This document shows positions 1-9,941 of a stretch of DNA of 64,000 bases, in pieces. The translations under genes and the position numbers were made by a program. The notes below the pieces were generated by a model. That model was not told where the DNA came from. It made no database searches and saw only the letters and a list, made by a program, of their open reading frames with translations. Origin of the DNA: Promethearchaeota archaeon (GTDB taxonomy: Archaea > Asgardarchaeota > Lokiarchaeia > Sigyniarchaeales > SOKP01); assembly GCA_008080735.1 (NCBI GenBank), contig SHMW01000014.1, positions 11,490 through 75,489 of the forward strand, given 5' to 3'. How positions within the stretch are numbered: the first letter of the stretch is position 1; every line of letters starts with the position of its first letter.

Positions 1-1041
1 GCTGTTTCCAATGCAGATCTTATTTATGTAAATGAAGCAGCATGTCATTCACTTGGATATTCTCGAGAAGAACTGCTCAATATGAAAGTGTATGATATTG
101 ATCCTAATATGCAAGAAAATGTTTGGAAAGATCATTGGAATAGGTTGAAAAAGCGAGGAACTTTCACTATAGAATCACATCATCTCTGTAAAAATGGAAA
201 AACATTTCCCGTGGAAATTACCGTAAATTATTTGCGCTATGAATCTAATGAATTTAATTGTGTTATAGCTCGTGATATAAGCGAAAGGAAAGTAGCTGAA
301 GAACGACTAAAAAAATCAGAACAAAAATATAGAGAAGCATATAAACGAGCATCTCTCTATAAAGATATATTCACTCATGATATGGGCAATCTACTTCAAA
401 ATATACAATCCTCAAGCGAACTTGCCTCTCTATACCAAAATAATGAAGATGAATTAAGCACATTTATGGAATTAAATGAAATTATTAGGGATCAAGTTAA
501 ACGAGGGTCAAAATTATTATCAAATGTAAGAAAATTAACAGAGATAGAAAATAGTGAAGAGAACTTGACCTCTACATATATCATTCCAATATTAGAGGAG
601 ACAATTGAATATGTTAAAAAATCAGTTGTAGATAAAATATTAAACATCCATTTAGATATTCCGGATCCAGAACTGCGAGCTTGCAGGATATATGCCAATG
701 AACTTCTCATGGATGTGTTTGAGAACATTCTTTTCAATTCCACAAAACATAATGAAAATTTCCAAGTAGATATAATCATAAAAATTTCCAAACATAAAAC
801 TAATGATACTAATGATATAACTATTCGATTTATTGATAATGCTATGGGTATAGCAGATTCAATTAAAAAACAAATATTTCAAAGAGCTGCTAATCAATCC
901 GTTAAAGGAATGGGTCTCGGCTTAACATTAGTTAAGAAAATCGTTGATTCTTATGAAGGGAATATCTGGGTGGAAGATCGTGTAAAAGGAGATCATACAA
1001 AAGGAAGTATTTTTCATCTTTGCCTTCCTTTAATCAGTTAA
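1..1041 (+). CDS. PAS-domain sensor histidine kinase (5'-truncated by window edge)
   Basis: Frame is open from base 1 (AVSNADLIYVNEAAC...). PAS/PAC (CKNGKTFPVEI...ARDISERK), H-box THDMGNLLQNI, N-box FENILFNSTKH, G-boxes DNAMGI and GMGLGL. Confidence 0.9.
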   Translation, partial: AVSNADLIYVNEAACHSLGYSREELLNMKVYDIDPNMQENVWKDHWNRLKKRGTFTIESHHLCKNGKTFPVEITVNYLRYESNEFNCVIARDISERKVAEERLKKSEQKYREAYKRASLYKDIFTHDMGNLLQNIQSSSELASLYQNNEDELSTFMELNEIIRDQVKRGSKLLSNVRKLTEIENSEENLTSTYIIPILEETIEYVKKSVVDKILNIHLDIPDPELRACRIYANELLMDVFENILFNSTKHNENFQVDIIIKISKHKTNDTNDITIRFIDNAMGIADSIKKQIFQRAANQSVKGMGLGLTLVKKIVDSYEGNIWVEDRVKGDHTKGSIFHLCLPLIS

Positions 1042-1104
1042 TGAATAAGATTTTTAAAGGCTCTCATCACTTTTTCTAATTAACTGGCCTTCTATTTCGT
1101 AAAT

Positions 1105-3060
1105 TTGATCATTATGGGAACTTCAGCAATAGGACAAATATTTACCCCGGATTTCGTAGCTAAATTTATGGTATCAAATATCCTCACTCATTTAAAGCAA
1201 AGCACCGATATCTCCACATATTTTAAAGAGATTGAAACTATATCCGTTTTAGAACCTTCTGTAGGAAAAGGAGTTTTTCTGAAATCTTTATTAGAATATG
1301 GTTTTACTGATATTACAGCATACGAGTTAGATTATTCTTTTGAAAAGGCCCTACGAAAAAATTTCCCTGATCTCACAATACATTATAAAAATATTTTAAC
1401 TTCTACTCCAAAAGAAAAATTTGAAATTATAATAGGAAATCCTCCCTATTTAGGTCATAACTATAATTCAGAACTTTTTCAAGATTATATTTCCAAATCA
1501 GAACTCTGTAAAAGATATTTTGTTGGGAATATGGATTTATTCTATTACTTCATCCATCTTGGGATTGAATTGCTTAAACCGGGAGGTTATTTATCCTTTA
1601 TAACGACTAACTATTGGTTAAGTAAATCAAAAAAAACGGGTATTAAACATCTTAAACCTCACATTTTAGATGAATGCTATTTGCTACAATATATTGATCT
1701 TTCGAAATTAAAACTTTTCCCCCAAGCTCTAGGACAAGAAAACTGTATTTTTGTATTACAAAAAAAGAATGAGAGGGATAAGAGACTCAAGCTTAATAAA
1801 AAAATAAAAATTATTCAAGTAAATCCTAATAGAAATCCACAAGAGCTATGTGATACAGAGTATAATAGGCTGGTTTTTAACCTCCTTAGTAATGGTTCTA
1901 ATTCGGGACACTTTAAACGTTATTTATCGGCAACTACTCATAATGACTTGGAAGGAAATAGATCATGGAATCTTTTGTATCCAATGGAAGTGAAAGATTT
2001 AACAGATAAAATTGAACAATTTTGCATTAAAAACTGTAGGATCTCTTATTTAAAAGACTACTTTTTAATTCGGAATGGCTTAATTTTCATCAAAGATGAT
2101 ATATTCATTTTACAAGAAAAGGAAACCATTATTCACGAAAATGGGGGTTTTTCTATAAAGATTGATGATGATTTTATTCAGCTTAATAAAAAAGAACAAA
2201 TGAGATTGAAAAAGTTATATAAAAGCTCATCAATTCAAAAATATGGATACATTAAGGATGCCTATAAAGGATACGCTTTATATTTCAATAGAAATTCATT
2301 TATTATTGATAAGGCAACTTCGTATGGGTCAGAGATTAAAAATGAATACCCCAATCTCTATGAGTATTTACAGCAATATCAAAAAGAATTACAAGCTACA
2401 TTAAAAAACGCCAAGGAGGATCAAAGCCATTATTTTTTCCCGCGTCGTGGAGATAGAATAAGAAAAATGGCGAAGAAAGGCTCATTAGTCTATTTACAAG
2501 AGCATTACGAGAAAGCTAAAAAGATTTTCTTCCCGTATATTACCGATAGGAATATATTCGGATATTCTGATGAGCCTTTTTTCGCCACTTCTGATGTATA
2601 TTTTCTCTGGCCAAAAATTCCCGAAGAAAAAATTGATTATAATTTTTTGCTTGCGTATCTCAATTCTGAGATAGTGCATTTTCTCTTTCATACAAAAAAT
2701 ATTAAAATTAAACGGAGTAAAACAAAATTGGAAAATTCTTTACCAATCCCTAATTTAGATCACCCTAGTTTTTATGATAAAAAAGAATTAATCACTCTAA
2801 TTCGAAATTTAAGTGGACTCCTCATTCGTCTTAACACTGATACCCTCAAAACTAGCATTGATGAACAAATTACTCGATTAAAACAGCTCGAATATTTTTC
2901 ACCACCAGAAAAGAATGGTGAATTCCAAACCTTATCGAGTTTAATAGAAGAAGGAAAGAAAGTAAAGATTGAAAATTATGTGAACCACCTTTTTTATGAT
3001 CTATTTGATATTCAGGAAGATACAATGAAAGAATTAATGCGGAAATATTATAATTCTTGA
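1105..3060 (+). CDS. N6-adenine DNA methyltransferase, Eco57I/TaqI-like (gamma class) with C-terminal target-recognition region
   Basis: GQIFTP, motif I VLEPSVGKGVFL, motif IV IIGNPPY, DLFYYFI, LKPGGYLSFIT; TaqI_C-like FLLAYLNS near the C-terminus. Confidence 0.88.
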   Translation: MIIMGTSAIGQIFTPDFVAKFMVSNILTHLKQSTDISTYFKEIETISVLEPSVGKGVFLKSLLEYGFTDITAYELDYSFEKALRKNFPDLTIHYKNILTSTPKEKFEIIIGNPPYLGHNYNSELFQDYISKSELCKRYFVGNMDLFYYFIHLGIELLKPGGYLSFITTNYWLSKSKKTGIKHLKPHILDECYLLQYIDLSKLKLFPQALGQENCIFVLQKKNERDKRLKLNKKIKIIQVNPNRNPQELCDTEYNRLVFNLLSNGSNSGHFKRYLSATTHNDLEGNRSWNLLYPMEVKDLTDKIEQFCIKNCRISYLKDYFLIRNGLIFIKDDIFILQEKETIIHENGGFSIKIDDDFIQLNKKEQMRLKKLYKSSSIQKYGYIKDAYKGYALYFNRNSFIIDKATSYGSEIKNEYPNLYEYLQQYQKELQATLKNAKEDQSHYFFPRRGDRIRKMAKKGSLVYLQEHYEKAKKIFFPYITDRNIFGYSDEPFFATSDVYFLWPKIPEEKIDYNFLLAYLNSEIVHFLFHTKNIKIKRSKTKLENSLPIPNLDHPSFYDKKELITLIRNLSGLLIRLNTDTLKTSIDEQITRLKQLEYFSPPEKNGEFQTLSSLIEEGKKVKIENYVNHLFYDLFDIQEDTMKELMRKYYNS

Positions 3061-3148
3061 TTTTTTTGGCAGCTATTTTCTTATTCTCAACTTTTTTATG
3101 TTCCAAAACTACAAATTTTAAATAAGCGCGAAACAATTTCTATTTGGT

Positions 3149-3781
3149 ATGCTCGATGAAATTGCGTTTTGTATATTTTGCTTCAGTGTAATTTTATACA
3201 CCTCATTATTATTTATTAGGTTTCGAAGCGATAAACCGTTCAAACTTACCTTATATAATGAGATTTATGAAGATTGGGTTAAAAATCGCTTGGAGATGTC
3301 TTCTGAAATCTCTACTGTCCAAATACTAAGGAATGTGCAAGTAGCCAATTCCACTCTGATTTCTGCTTTATTTATCCTTTTAGGGATTTTAATAGGATTT
3401 TATAACTCCGCTTTTCTTGATACCTCTCCTTTTTTCTGGATCGAAGGTTTAGAGCGTGGTTTTATTAAAATATCTGTAAATATTTTTGTTATTATGTTTT
3501 GCATTATCAATTTTATCTTGTCTATCCGTTCAATTACGCGATGCTCCCTTTTAATCAGTGGAAAACCCCAAAATTATGCTATCGGGAATATGAATGGAGT
3601 AGACGCCGCAAAAAAGGCCTTTCTCTCGGGTAAAAATCATTGGATGTACGGTATCAGAGGGCTATTCTTTCTCATAGCTACGTTAACATGGTTTCTTGAT
3701 TCCATCCTCTTTATAGTATTAACTTGTCTTATATCTGGATATTTAATTCTCTTTAGAGACGCAAGACGGATAGAAGAGTGA
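3149..3781 (+). CDS. DUF599-family membrane protein
   Basis: Four hydrophobic segments; VQILRN...ANSTL and HWMYGIRGLFF motifs typical of DUF599. Confidence 0.65.
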   Translation: MLDEIAFCIFCFSVILYTSLLFIRFRSDKPFKLTLYNEIYEDWVKNRLEMSSEISTVQILRNVQVANSTLISALFILLGILIGFYNSAFLDTSPFFWIEGLERGFIKISVNIFVIMFCIINFILSIRSITRCSLLISGKPQNYAIGNMNGVDAAKKAFLSGKNHWMYGIRGLFFLIATLTWFLDSILFIVLTCLISGYLILFRDARRIEE

Positions 3782-3837
3782 AAATTCCTGATAAAAGAAA
3801 AAAAAGATTGTTAATAATAAAGAAAACTACTGCTAGA

Positions 3838-5088
3838 TTATGATAGTTCAGAACCGCAACTTTCACATACTTTTGCATCTTTTGCAACGATCTTTCCACA
3901 ATACGTACAAACTCTTTCTGTTGCTGTTGGTTGTGCTCCTTTTTTTGTTGTCAATTCTATTTCTTGAGCAAGCTCTTTTGAATCGATATCGTACTGAATT
4001 AACGGTTTTCGGACTAAAAGATTGAACTGGTCTTCCCCGGCTTTTTTATACGTTCTTAAATTTAAGAAAGGCATCAATCCACCTAAAACTAAAGCTATAC
4101 CTAATATCATAAATATTGGTATTAAAGTCCAGATATCTTCGAAAAGATCGAAAACAAAGAATATCACACCCATCATAATTCCCATAGAAAGAAAGATCAT
4201 TGGTGAAATGAATGCATTTCTGAACATCTTTCCAGGATTCAGTTCCATCTTGATAAGGGTCTTTCCATCTCCTTCCAAGAAATTGATAATAGAATTGTAT
4301 CTTATCGTGTAGGTATATGGTCGGGTAGTGGAATATGAACCGCGGTATCCTGAACTTGATGATGAATATGTTGAGTGTGTAGTAGTATAATACCCTACGC
4401 CTGTCTGTTTAAGCTCTGTTTCTATCATTTTATTCTCTTCGTAATTAAGAATGCTGAGATTGTTAATATGAGTACAATATTTCAAAATTTTACTATATAT
4501 TTTGCTTCTCTGCTTGTCTGTTTCTATCTCAAATTTTATTTCGCGGGTTTTACTTTTTGCCCGTTTTATCGATAAAAAGGTGACCCCCACAGTTAAAGCA
4601 GCTAATAGGATAATCAGACCAATTTTAACATACTCCATCAGAAAAAGAAATCCATTCGAAACTAGAACAGCTACATCCCCAATACCAGAATTATGTTCAA
4701 TGATAATATATATCGTGGTTGGATTTTCAAAAGATAGTTTTTTATTAACATCGCCAACTTGATTGCTCACATTATAAATAATGTCAGTGTAACTTACATT
4801 TCGAGCAATAGTTAGATTATAATTAAGACCGACCGAAGCGGGCAAGGTTACTTTTATATCAATATCACCAGCAGTAACTACGAGATAATATTCAAGAGCA
4901 CTATGAGATGATGACAAAGTTTCTTTATATTCTTGATTCAAACCAATTTCCTTGGCGGCATTTAATTCAATTTCTGAGTCCCTATCTATAACTGATGGGA
5001 ATAGGACAAGAGTACTAAAAACGCAAAAAAATATACAAAAACCAATTATACTTAATATTGATATTTTTTTTGATTTTTTCATTTTCAT
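3838..5088 (-). CDS. Membrane protein with extracellular beta domain, Ser/Thr/Tyr-rich stretch and C-terminal zinc ribbon
   Basis: N-terminal TM/signal, three further TM segments, C-terminal CTYCG...CESCG. Confidence 0.7.
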   Translation of the reverse strand: MKMKKSKKISILSIIGFCIFFCVFSTLVLFPSVIDRDSEIELNAAKEIGLNQEYKETLSSSHSALEYYLVVTAGDIDIKVTLPASVGLNYNLTIARNVSYTDIIYNVSNQVGDVNKKLSFENPTTIYIIIEHNSGIGDVAVLVSNGFLFLMEYVKIGLIILLAALTVGVTFLSIKRAKSKTREIKFEIETDKQRSKIYSKILKYCTHINNLSILNYEENKMIETELKQTGVGYYTTTHSTYSSSSSGYRGSYSTTRPYTYTIRYNSIINFLEGDGKTLIKMELNPGKMFRNAFISPMIFLSMGIMMGVIFFVFDLFEDIWTLIPIFMILGIALVLGGLMPFLNLRTYKKAGEDQFNLLVRKPLIQYDIDSKELAQEIELTTKKGAQPTATERVCTYCGKIVAKDAKVCESCGSELS

Positions 5089-5370
5089 CGGTTTTTTTTG
5101 TAGATGATTAATTAGAGAAAAATATAAATTCGTGAGTTAGTGAAATTATAGTAAAATTTATATTTTGTTAAACTCGTTTACTTTTTTGTATAATAACACT
5201 TGCTTATTGGAAATAAAAATAAATGAATTTCCTAGCATCTTAACATATTTTCTTTTTTTTAATACTAGTAATATTTTAGCTGGCTTACTTTAGGAGTATT
5301 ATGTTATTGAATTTTTTATCTATCTTCAAATACAGCATAGTAAATTGCCGCCTTTCTTTTATTAACCAAA

Positions 5371-5387
5371 ACCGAGACATTTAAATA
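5371..5387 (+). promoter_or_regulatory. Putative BRE + TATA box of the hsp20-cdc48 locus
   Basis: ACCGAGACA followed by TTTAAATA (5380-5387), about 100 nt upstream of hsp20. Confidence 0.45.
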
Positions 5388-5416
5388 CTCTCGAAAACTT
5401 CATAAAAATAAGTGTT

Positions 5417-5437
5417 TTGTAAAGACTAAGTTTACAA
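5417..5437. promoter_or_regulatory. Palindromic operator candidate for the heat-shock repressor
   Basis: Perfect inverted repeat TTGTAAA-GACTAAG-TTTACAA, about 30 nt downstream of the TATA box. Confidence 0.55.
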
Positions 5438-5485
5438 GATGGTCTTTAACTTCACAAAAAACTAAAAAATTTATAAATAAAAAGG

Positions 5486-6163
5486 GTGTTTATTTTGTTC
5501 GACGATGATAAAGACGACTATAAGAGCTTTATTGAGAGACTAAAGGAATATTTGAATGTAGATTCAGATATTTTCGATGCGGAATTCTATATTTTTCCAA
5601 GTACAGATTTAGGCAAGAAATTCGGCTTAGATCCGAATGAGGATAAAGGATTTAAGATCTCCTATCATTATGAGAAAGGGATGGATCAGCCAGATATTAA
5701 AATTCACGGTAATGTTGATGAAGAGAAAGTGAAAGATTATATAAAAAAAATGAATTACATGAAGAATAATCCTAAATTCAGGGAATATGTGAAGAAAGCA
5801 CAGGCACGGCAAAAGCAAACTCAACAGAAAACCAAAAAAGCGTTCGATGCAAAAGACTTATCATTACGCTCACCTGAAACCGAAATTGAAGCTTCTGAAT
5901 CGGACTTACTAAAAATGAGAGAGCCGATCGCGGAAATCCACAATTTTGAGAATACATTTCAATTGATACTCGAAGTGCCCGGAATTAAGGAGAATGATGT
6001 ATTTATTAGCCTAAATGATGAGCAAAAGACATTGACATTTAGTGCGGAAAATAAGAACAGAAGATATCATAAAAAGATTCATTTACCATGTAAAGCGTCC
6101 TTATTAAATGATTCTCTGAGTCTGTCTAATGGAATTTTAACATTTGAATGTGAAAAGAAATAA
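5486..6163 (+). CDS. hsp20: Small heat-shock protein, Hsp20/alpha-crystallin family
   Basis: C-terminal alpha-crystallin domain (EPIAEI...LILEVPGI...YHKKIHLP...SNGILT); adjacent to cdc48. Confidence 0.8.
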   Translation: MFILFDDDKDDYKSFIERLKEYLNVDSDIFDAEFYIFPSTDLGKKFGLDPNEDKGFKISYHYEKGMDQPDIKIHGNVDEEKVKDYIKKMNYMKNNPKFREYVKKAQARQKQTQQKTKKAFDAKDLSLRSPETEIEASESDLLKMREPIAEIHNFENTFQLILEVPGIKENDVFISLNDEQKTLTFSAENKNRRYHKKIHLPCKASLLNDSLSLSNGILTFECEKK

Positions 6164-6239
6164 ATTCATATTTTTATTTACAATTTATAGATTTTAAGAA
6201 TTAATTACATACAAAAAAATAGAGAGGAAAGATACTAAT

Positions 6240-8465
6240 ATGTCAGAAATGAGTGAAGCTGGTGGGAGACAGGGAAGAAAGGTAAGAGTAAAGGATGCGT
6301 TTAAACAGGATGCTGGCAGAGGCATCGTCAGAGTAGATCCAGAATTAGTGAATTTACAAGGCTGGAAAACTGGTGATGTGTTGGCTATTCGGCACCCAAA
6401 AACGCTTGAAAAGACCGCCGCTTTATTATATCCTGGGAGATCTGAAGATAAAGGTACGAATGTAATTAGAATGGATGCTTCCTTGAGAAGAAACCTCGGG
6501 GCGTCTATAGATGATATTGTATTTATTCGGAAAGTAGATGCTGCCTTAGCGGAAAAGGTAACTTTTGCAGGATTAGAAGAGGCAGTTATTTTAAGAAATT
6601 CTCAACAACTTGCGAGTAAATTGGAAAATAGAGTAATTACGAAGAACGATATTTTATCCTTTTATGCGTATGGACGCCGAGTGGATCTGATTGTTGTGAA
6701 TTTTAGTCCAAAAGCAGCAGCAGTTCGAATTCACTTGGATACTCAGATTGTTTTAAGTGAAAAAAGTCATAAAGAACTCGTACAATTAGAAAAGTCCCGA
6801 GTCACTTATGAGGATATTGGTGGCTTAGAGGAGGAAATCCAGAAAATCCGCGAAATGATTGAGCTCCCTATTCGACATCCCGAATTATTTAAGAGGATTG
6901 GAATCGATCCACCTAAAGGTGTTCTATTGCATGGACCTCCTGGCACGGGAAAGACATTACTAGCAAGAGCTGTGGCTTATGAGACCGATGCTAATTTTAC
7001 AACCATAAGCGGTCCCGAAATTATGAGCAAGTTTTACGGACAGAGTGAGGAAAACTTACGTAAAATATTTGATGAGGCAAAAGAGAATTCTCCCGCAATA
7101 ATCTTTATAGATGAGTTAGATTCCATCGCCCCGAAGCGAGCGGAAGTGACGGGAGAAGTAGAAAGAAGAGTAGTCGCTCAACTCCTATCCTTGATGGATG
7201 GTCTCGAGGGAAGAGGAGAAGTTATCGTGATTGGTGCTACAAACCGTGTGAACGATGTGGACAGCGCATTACGGCGTCCTGGTAGATTTGACAGAGAGAT
7301 TGAAATCGGAGTTCCGGATACTGAAGGACGACATGAGATTCTAATGATCCATACTCGTGGAATGCCGCTTGATAAAAAAGTGGAACTGAGAGAGATTGCG
7401 GAAAGAACCCACGGATTCGTAGGTGCAGATATTGAGGCATTAGCTAAAGAAGCTGCGATGTTGGCCATTCGGGAGATATTACCGAATTTAGATCTGGAAA
7501 AAGAAATTCCTCCTGAAATATTGGCGGAGATTCGCATTAAAAATAAAAATTTCCAAGATGCATTAACGAGTATAGAACCATCCGCTCTGAGAGAAGTTCT
7601 CATCACGAGACCTCAAGAGACTTGGGATGATGTGGGCGGATTGGAAGATGCGATATTTCAATTAAAAGAAGTCGTTGAATGGCCTCTTAAATATCCTGAA
7701 CTATACGATCATTTAAAATCGAGACCTCCGAGTGGAATTCTATTACATGGACCTCCAGGTACAGGAAAAACATTAATCGCAAAAGCATTAGCCCATGAAA
7801 GTGAGGTAAACTTTATATCTGTCAAGGGTCCCGAATTCTTATCTAAATGGGTTGGAGAGAGTGAAAAAACCGTACGAGAGACCTTTAGAAAAGCACGATC
7901 GGCAGCTCCGTGTATAATCTTCTTTGACGAAATCGACGCAATCGCGGGAATGAGAGGGAGAAGTGCTGGTTCTACGGTGACTGAACAAGTTGTTTCACAA
8001 TTATTAACAGAGATGGATGGCCTTGAAGGATTAGAAGATGTAATCTTATTAGCCGCCACTAACAGACCGGACATGCTCGACCCTGCATTATTACGGGCGG
8101 GAAGATTTGGAAAACATATAGAAATTCCTATGCCCGATGAAAATTCACGCCAAGAAATATTTAAAATACACCTAGAAGGTAAACCAATATCTTCAGATGT
8201 ATCCATAAAAGAATTTGCTAAACGAATGGAGGGATATACAGGTGCTGACATTGCTGCGGTATGTGAAGAAGCCACTTTACTTACAATAAGAAGGGCGATA
8301 TCAGATACTTCAATTGATACGAAAGATAAAGAATCAGTTAAGAAAGTAAAAGTTGACCGTGAAGCATTCAATCAAGCTTTAGAAAAAGTTCTAAAAAGTG
8401 CAGAAATGGCCCAAAAAGCGCATCAAAGATTATCTAAAGAACCATCAGAGGAATTGTATAGATAA
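6240..8465 (+). CDS. cdc48: CDC48/VCP/p97-family AAA+ ATPase
   Basis: N-domain ([10 protein letters not shown]), two AAA modules with [16 protein letters not shown] Walker B, and [11 protein letters not shown] / [11 protein letters not shown] motifs. Confidence 0.97.
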   Translation: MSEMSEAGGRQGRKVRVKDAFKQDAGRGIVRVDPELVNLQGWKTGDVLAIRHPKTLEKTAALLYPGRSEDKGTNVIRMDASLRRNLGASIDDIVFIRKVDAALAEKVTFAGLEEAVILRNSQQLASKLENRVITKNDILSFYAYGRRVDLIVVNFSPKAAAVRIHLDTQIVLSEKSHKELVQLEKSRVTYEDIGGLEEEIQKIREMIELPIRHPELFKRIGIDPPKGVLLHGPPGTGKTLLARAVAYETDANFTTISGPEIMSKFYGQSEENLRKIFDEAKENSPAIIFIDELDSIAPKRAEVTGEVERRVVAQLLSLMDGLEGRGEVIVIGATNRVNDVDSALRRPGRFDREIEIGVPDTEGRHEILMIHTRGMPLDKKVELREIAERTHGFVGADIEALAKEAAMLAIREILPNLDLEKEIPPEILAEIRIKNKNFQDALTSIEPSALREVLITRPQETWDDVGGLEDAIFQLKEVVEWPLKYPELYDHLKSRPPSGILLHGPPGTGKTLIAKALAHESEVNFISVKGPEFLSKWVGESEKTVRETFRKARSAAPCIIFFDEIDAIAGMRGRSAGSTVTEQVVSQLLTEMDGLEGLEDVILLAATNRPDMLDPALLRAGRFGKHIEIPMPDENSRQEIFKIHLEGKPISSDVSIKEFAKRMEGYTGADIAAVCEEATLLTIRRAISDTSIDTKDKESVKKVKVDREAFNQALEKVLKSAEMAQKAHQRLSKEPSEELYR

Positions 8466-8513
8466 TTTTTTTTACTATCTTTATTTCAATTATGAAATTG
8501 AGGAAAATACATA

Positions 8514-9293
8514 ATGACATTAGAAAAATCTCGAGGTAGTCAGATAAGTTTAGATGAAATTTTAGAGATTCTTGGAAATCCTACGAGAAGAGTTATTTTG
8601 TCTAAATTAGCTAAAGTACCGCACTCTACATCAGAATTACACAAAGCCTTAGGGATAAGTCGCCAAGCTGTACATAGCCAGTTAAAAATCTTAGAGCAAT
8701 ATAACATAATAGAGAATTTGGATCCAGACACGCGTGGAAGTAAATATAAAATCAAAAGTAATTTGTTTGTCACAATTGATATTTCTCCTGATTATTATAG
8801 TATTAAATATAATATGACGGAAATCGGAGAAGATTCTGAATCTATTCTCCTAAAAGATACCAAAGATTCTAATGTGTATGAAACGATTAAAGAATCAAGC
8901 CAAAAAATAAAATTCTTAGGAGAAAAAATAAGAAATATAGAGGAGGAACTCCTTGAGATTGAAAAGGAGAGAAGGGAACTTCTACAAAAGAAGGAATGTT
9001 TTATTATTGAATTAAAGGACTTAATGGAAAAGAAATATAGAGACAAATTAAGAAAAGAAAAAGCTCTACATGATAATCTGGAGATGGAAATTTTTTATAC
9101 ATTATTTTTTAACACGGGAAAATTTCACAGAAAAATAAATATTGACAAACTATTGGATGAGTTATTTTTTACTGATCTTGATAGCATATCTCGCGAAAGC
9201 AATAGAGGTCACATTGAACTTTTACTAAAAGATCTTGCGAAAACTATGGATATTTTCCGAAAAATCGAAGATGAATGGTTCCTTGATATCTAA
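8514..9293 (+). CDS. ArsR-type winged-HTH regulator with coiled coil (Phr/HSR1-like heat-shock regulator)
   Basis: ILEILGNPTRRVILSKL...ISRQAVHSQLKILE wHTH, then a coiled coil; directly follows hsp20-cdc48. Confidence 0.75.
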   Translation: MTLEKSRGSQISLDEILEILGNPTRRVILSKLAKVPHSTSELHKALGISRQAVHSQLKILEQYNIIENLDPDTRGSKYKIKSNLFVTIDISPDYYSIKYNMTEIGEDSESILLKDTKDSNVYETIKESSQKIKFLGEKIRNIEEELLEIEKERRELLQKKECFIIELKDLMEKKYRDKLRKEKALHDNLEMEIFYTLFFNTGKFHRKINIDKLLDELFFTDLDSISRESNRGHIELLLKDLAKTMDIFRKIEDEWFLDI

Positions 9294-9407
9294 TCTAATA
9301 AAAGGTTTTATTTGAAAATTATCACTTCAAAGGTTCTAAAGGTTTTTAGTTTTTGTTTTGTTTTGTTTTTAATTATTATTAAATAATATTCCAATTTAGG
9401 TGAAGAA

Positions 9408-9908
9408 ATGAATTTAGGAGACTTAAAAAAGGAATTACCGGATATTTTTGAGAAAGTGAAAAAAGATGTGAAGAAAATCTTTGGACGCCAAAGAGCAGGT
9501 TTAAGTCTCGGACTTGCCGATTTAGGGATGTTTAGAGGGGGATTCATTGGTGGGATGCATTTCTATCCCGGTACGTCCATCGTGATGAATACAACGCCAT
9601 TAAAACTGATCTTAGAACAACAAACCACTGATATCGTTTGGGCGTATACCTATCATATTCTCTTACATGAATACATTCATTCATTAGGAATTATTGATGA
9701 AAAAATGTGTCGAGCGGCTACACTTAAGGTAAGTGAACAAATTTTTGAGAATGACGAGCATCCTGCTCTAATTTTCGCTAAAAATGGAATAGGCGCATAT
9801 TTTCCAGATTTGAATGTTGTTTACGTGCCTCCCCAGAGAAAACCCGATGGGATCTCCATAGAATATGTGAAAGGATTTGATAAAAATAGTTATTCCTATT
9901 ATTCCTAA
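9408..9908 (+). CDS. Small zincin-like metallopeptidase
   Basis: HEXXH motif in YHILLHEYIHSLG, with downstream E and H candidates for the third ligand. Confidence 0.65.
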   Translation: MNLGDLKKELPDIFEKVKKDVKKIFGRQRAGLSLGLADLGMFRGGFIGGMHFYPGTSIVMNTTPLKLILEQQTTDIVWAYTYHILLHEYIHSLGIIDEKMCRAATLKVSEQIFENDEHPALIFAKNGIGAYFPDLNVVYVPPQRKPDGISIEYVKGFDKNSYSYYS

Positions 9909-9941
9909 TGAAATAGGATTAAATCGGAAGTGTCTATTTGA

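Noticed and set aside
7178-8371. Long antisense ORFs (142 and 220 aa) inside cdc48, and similar ones inside other genes (for example 48246-49460, 28933-29364)
   Set aside because: They fully overlap well-supported genes on the opposite strand and carry no motifs.
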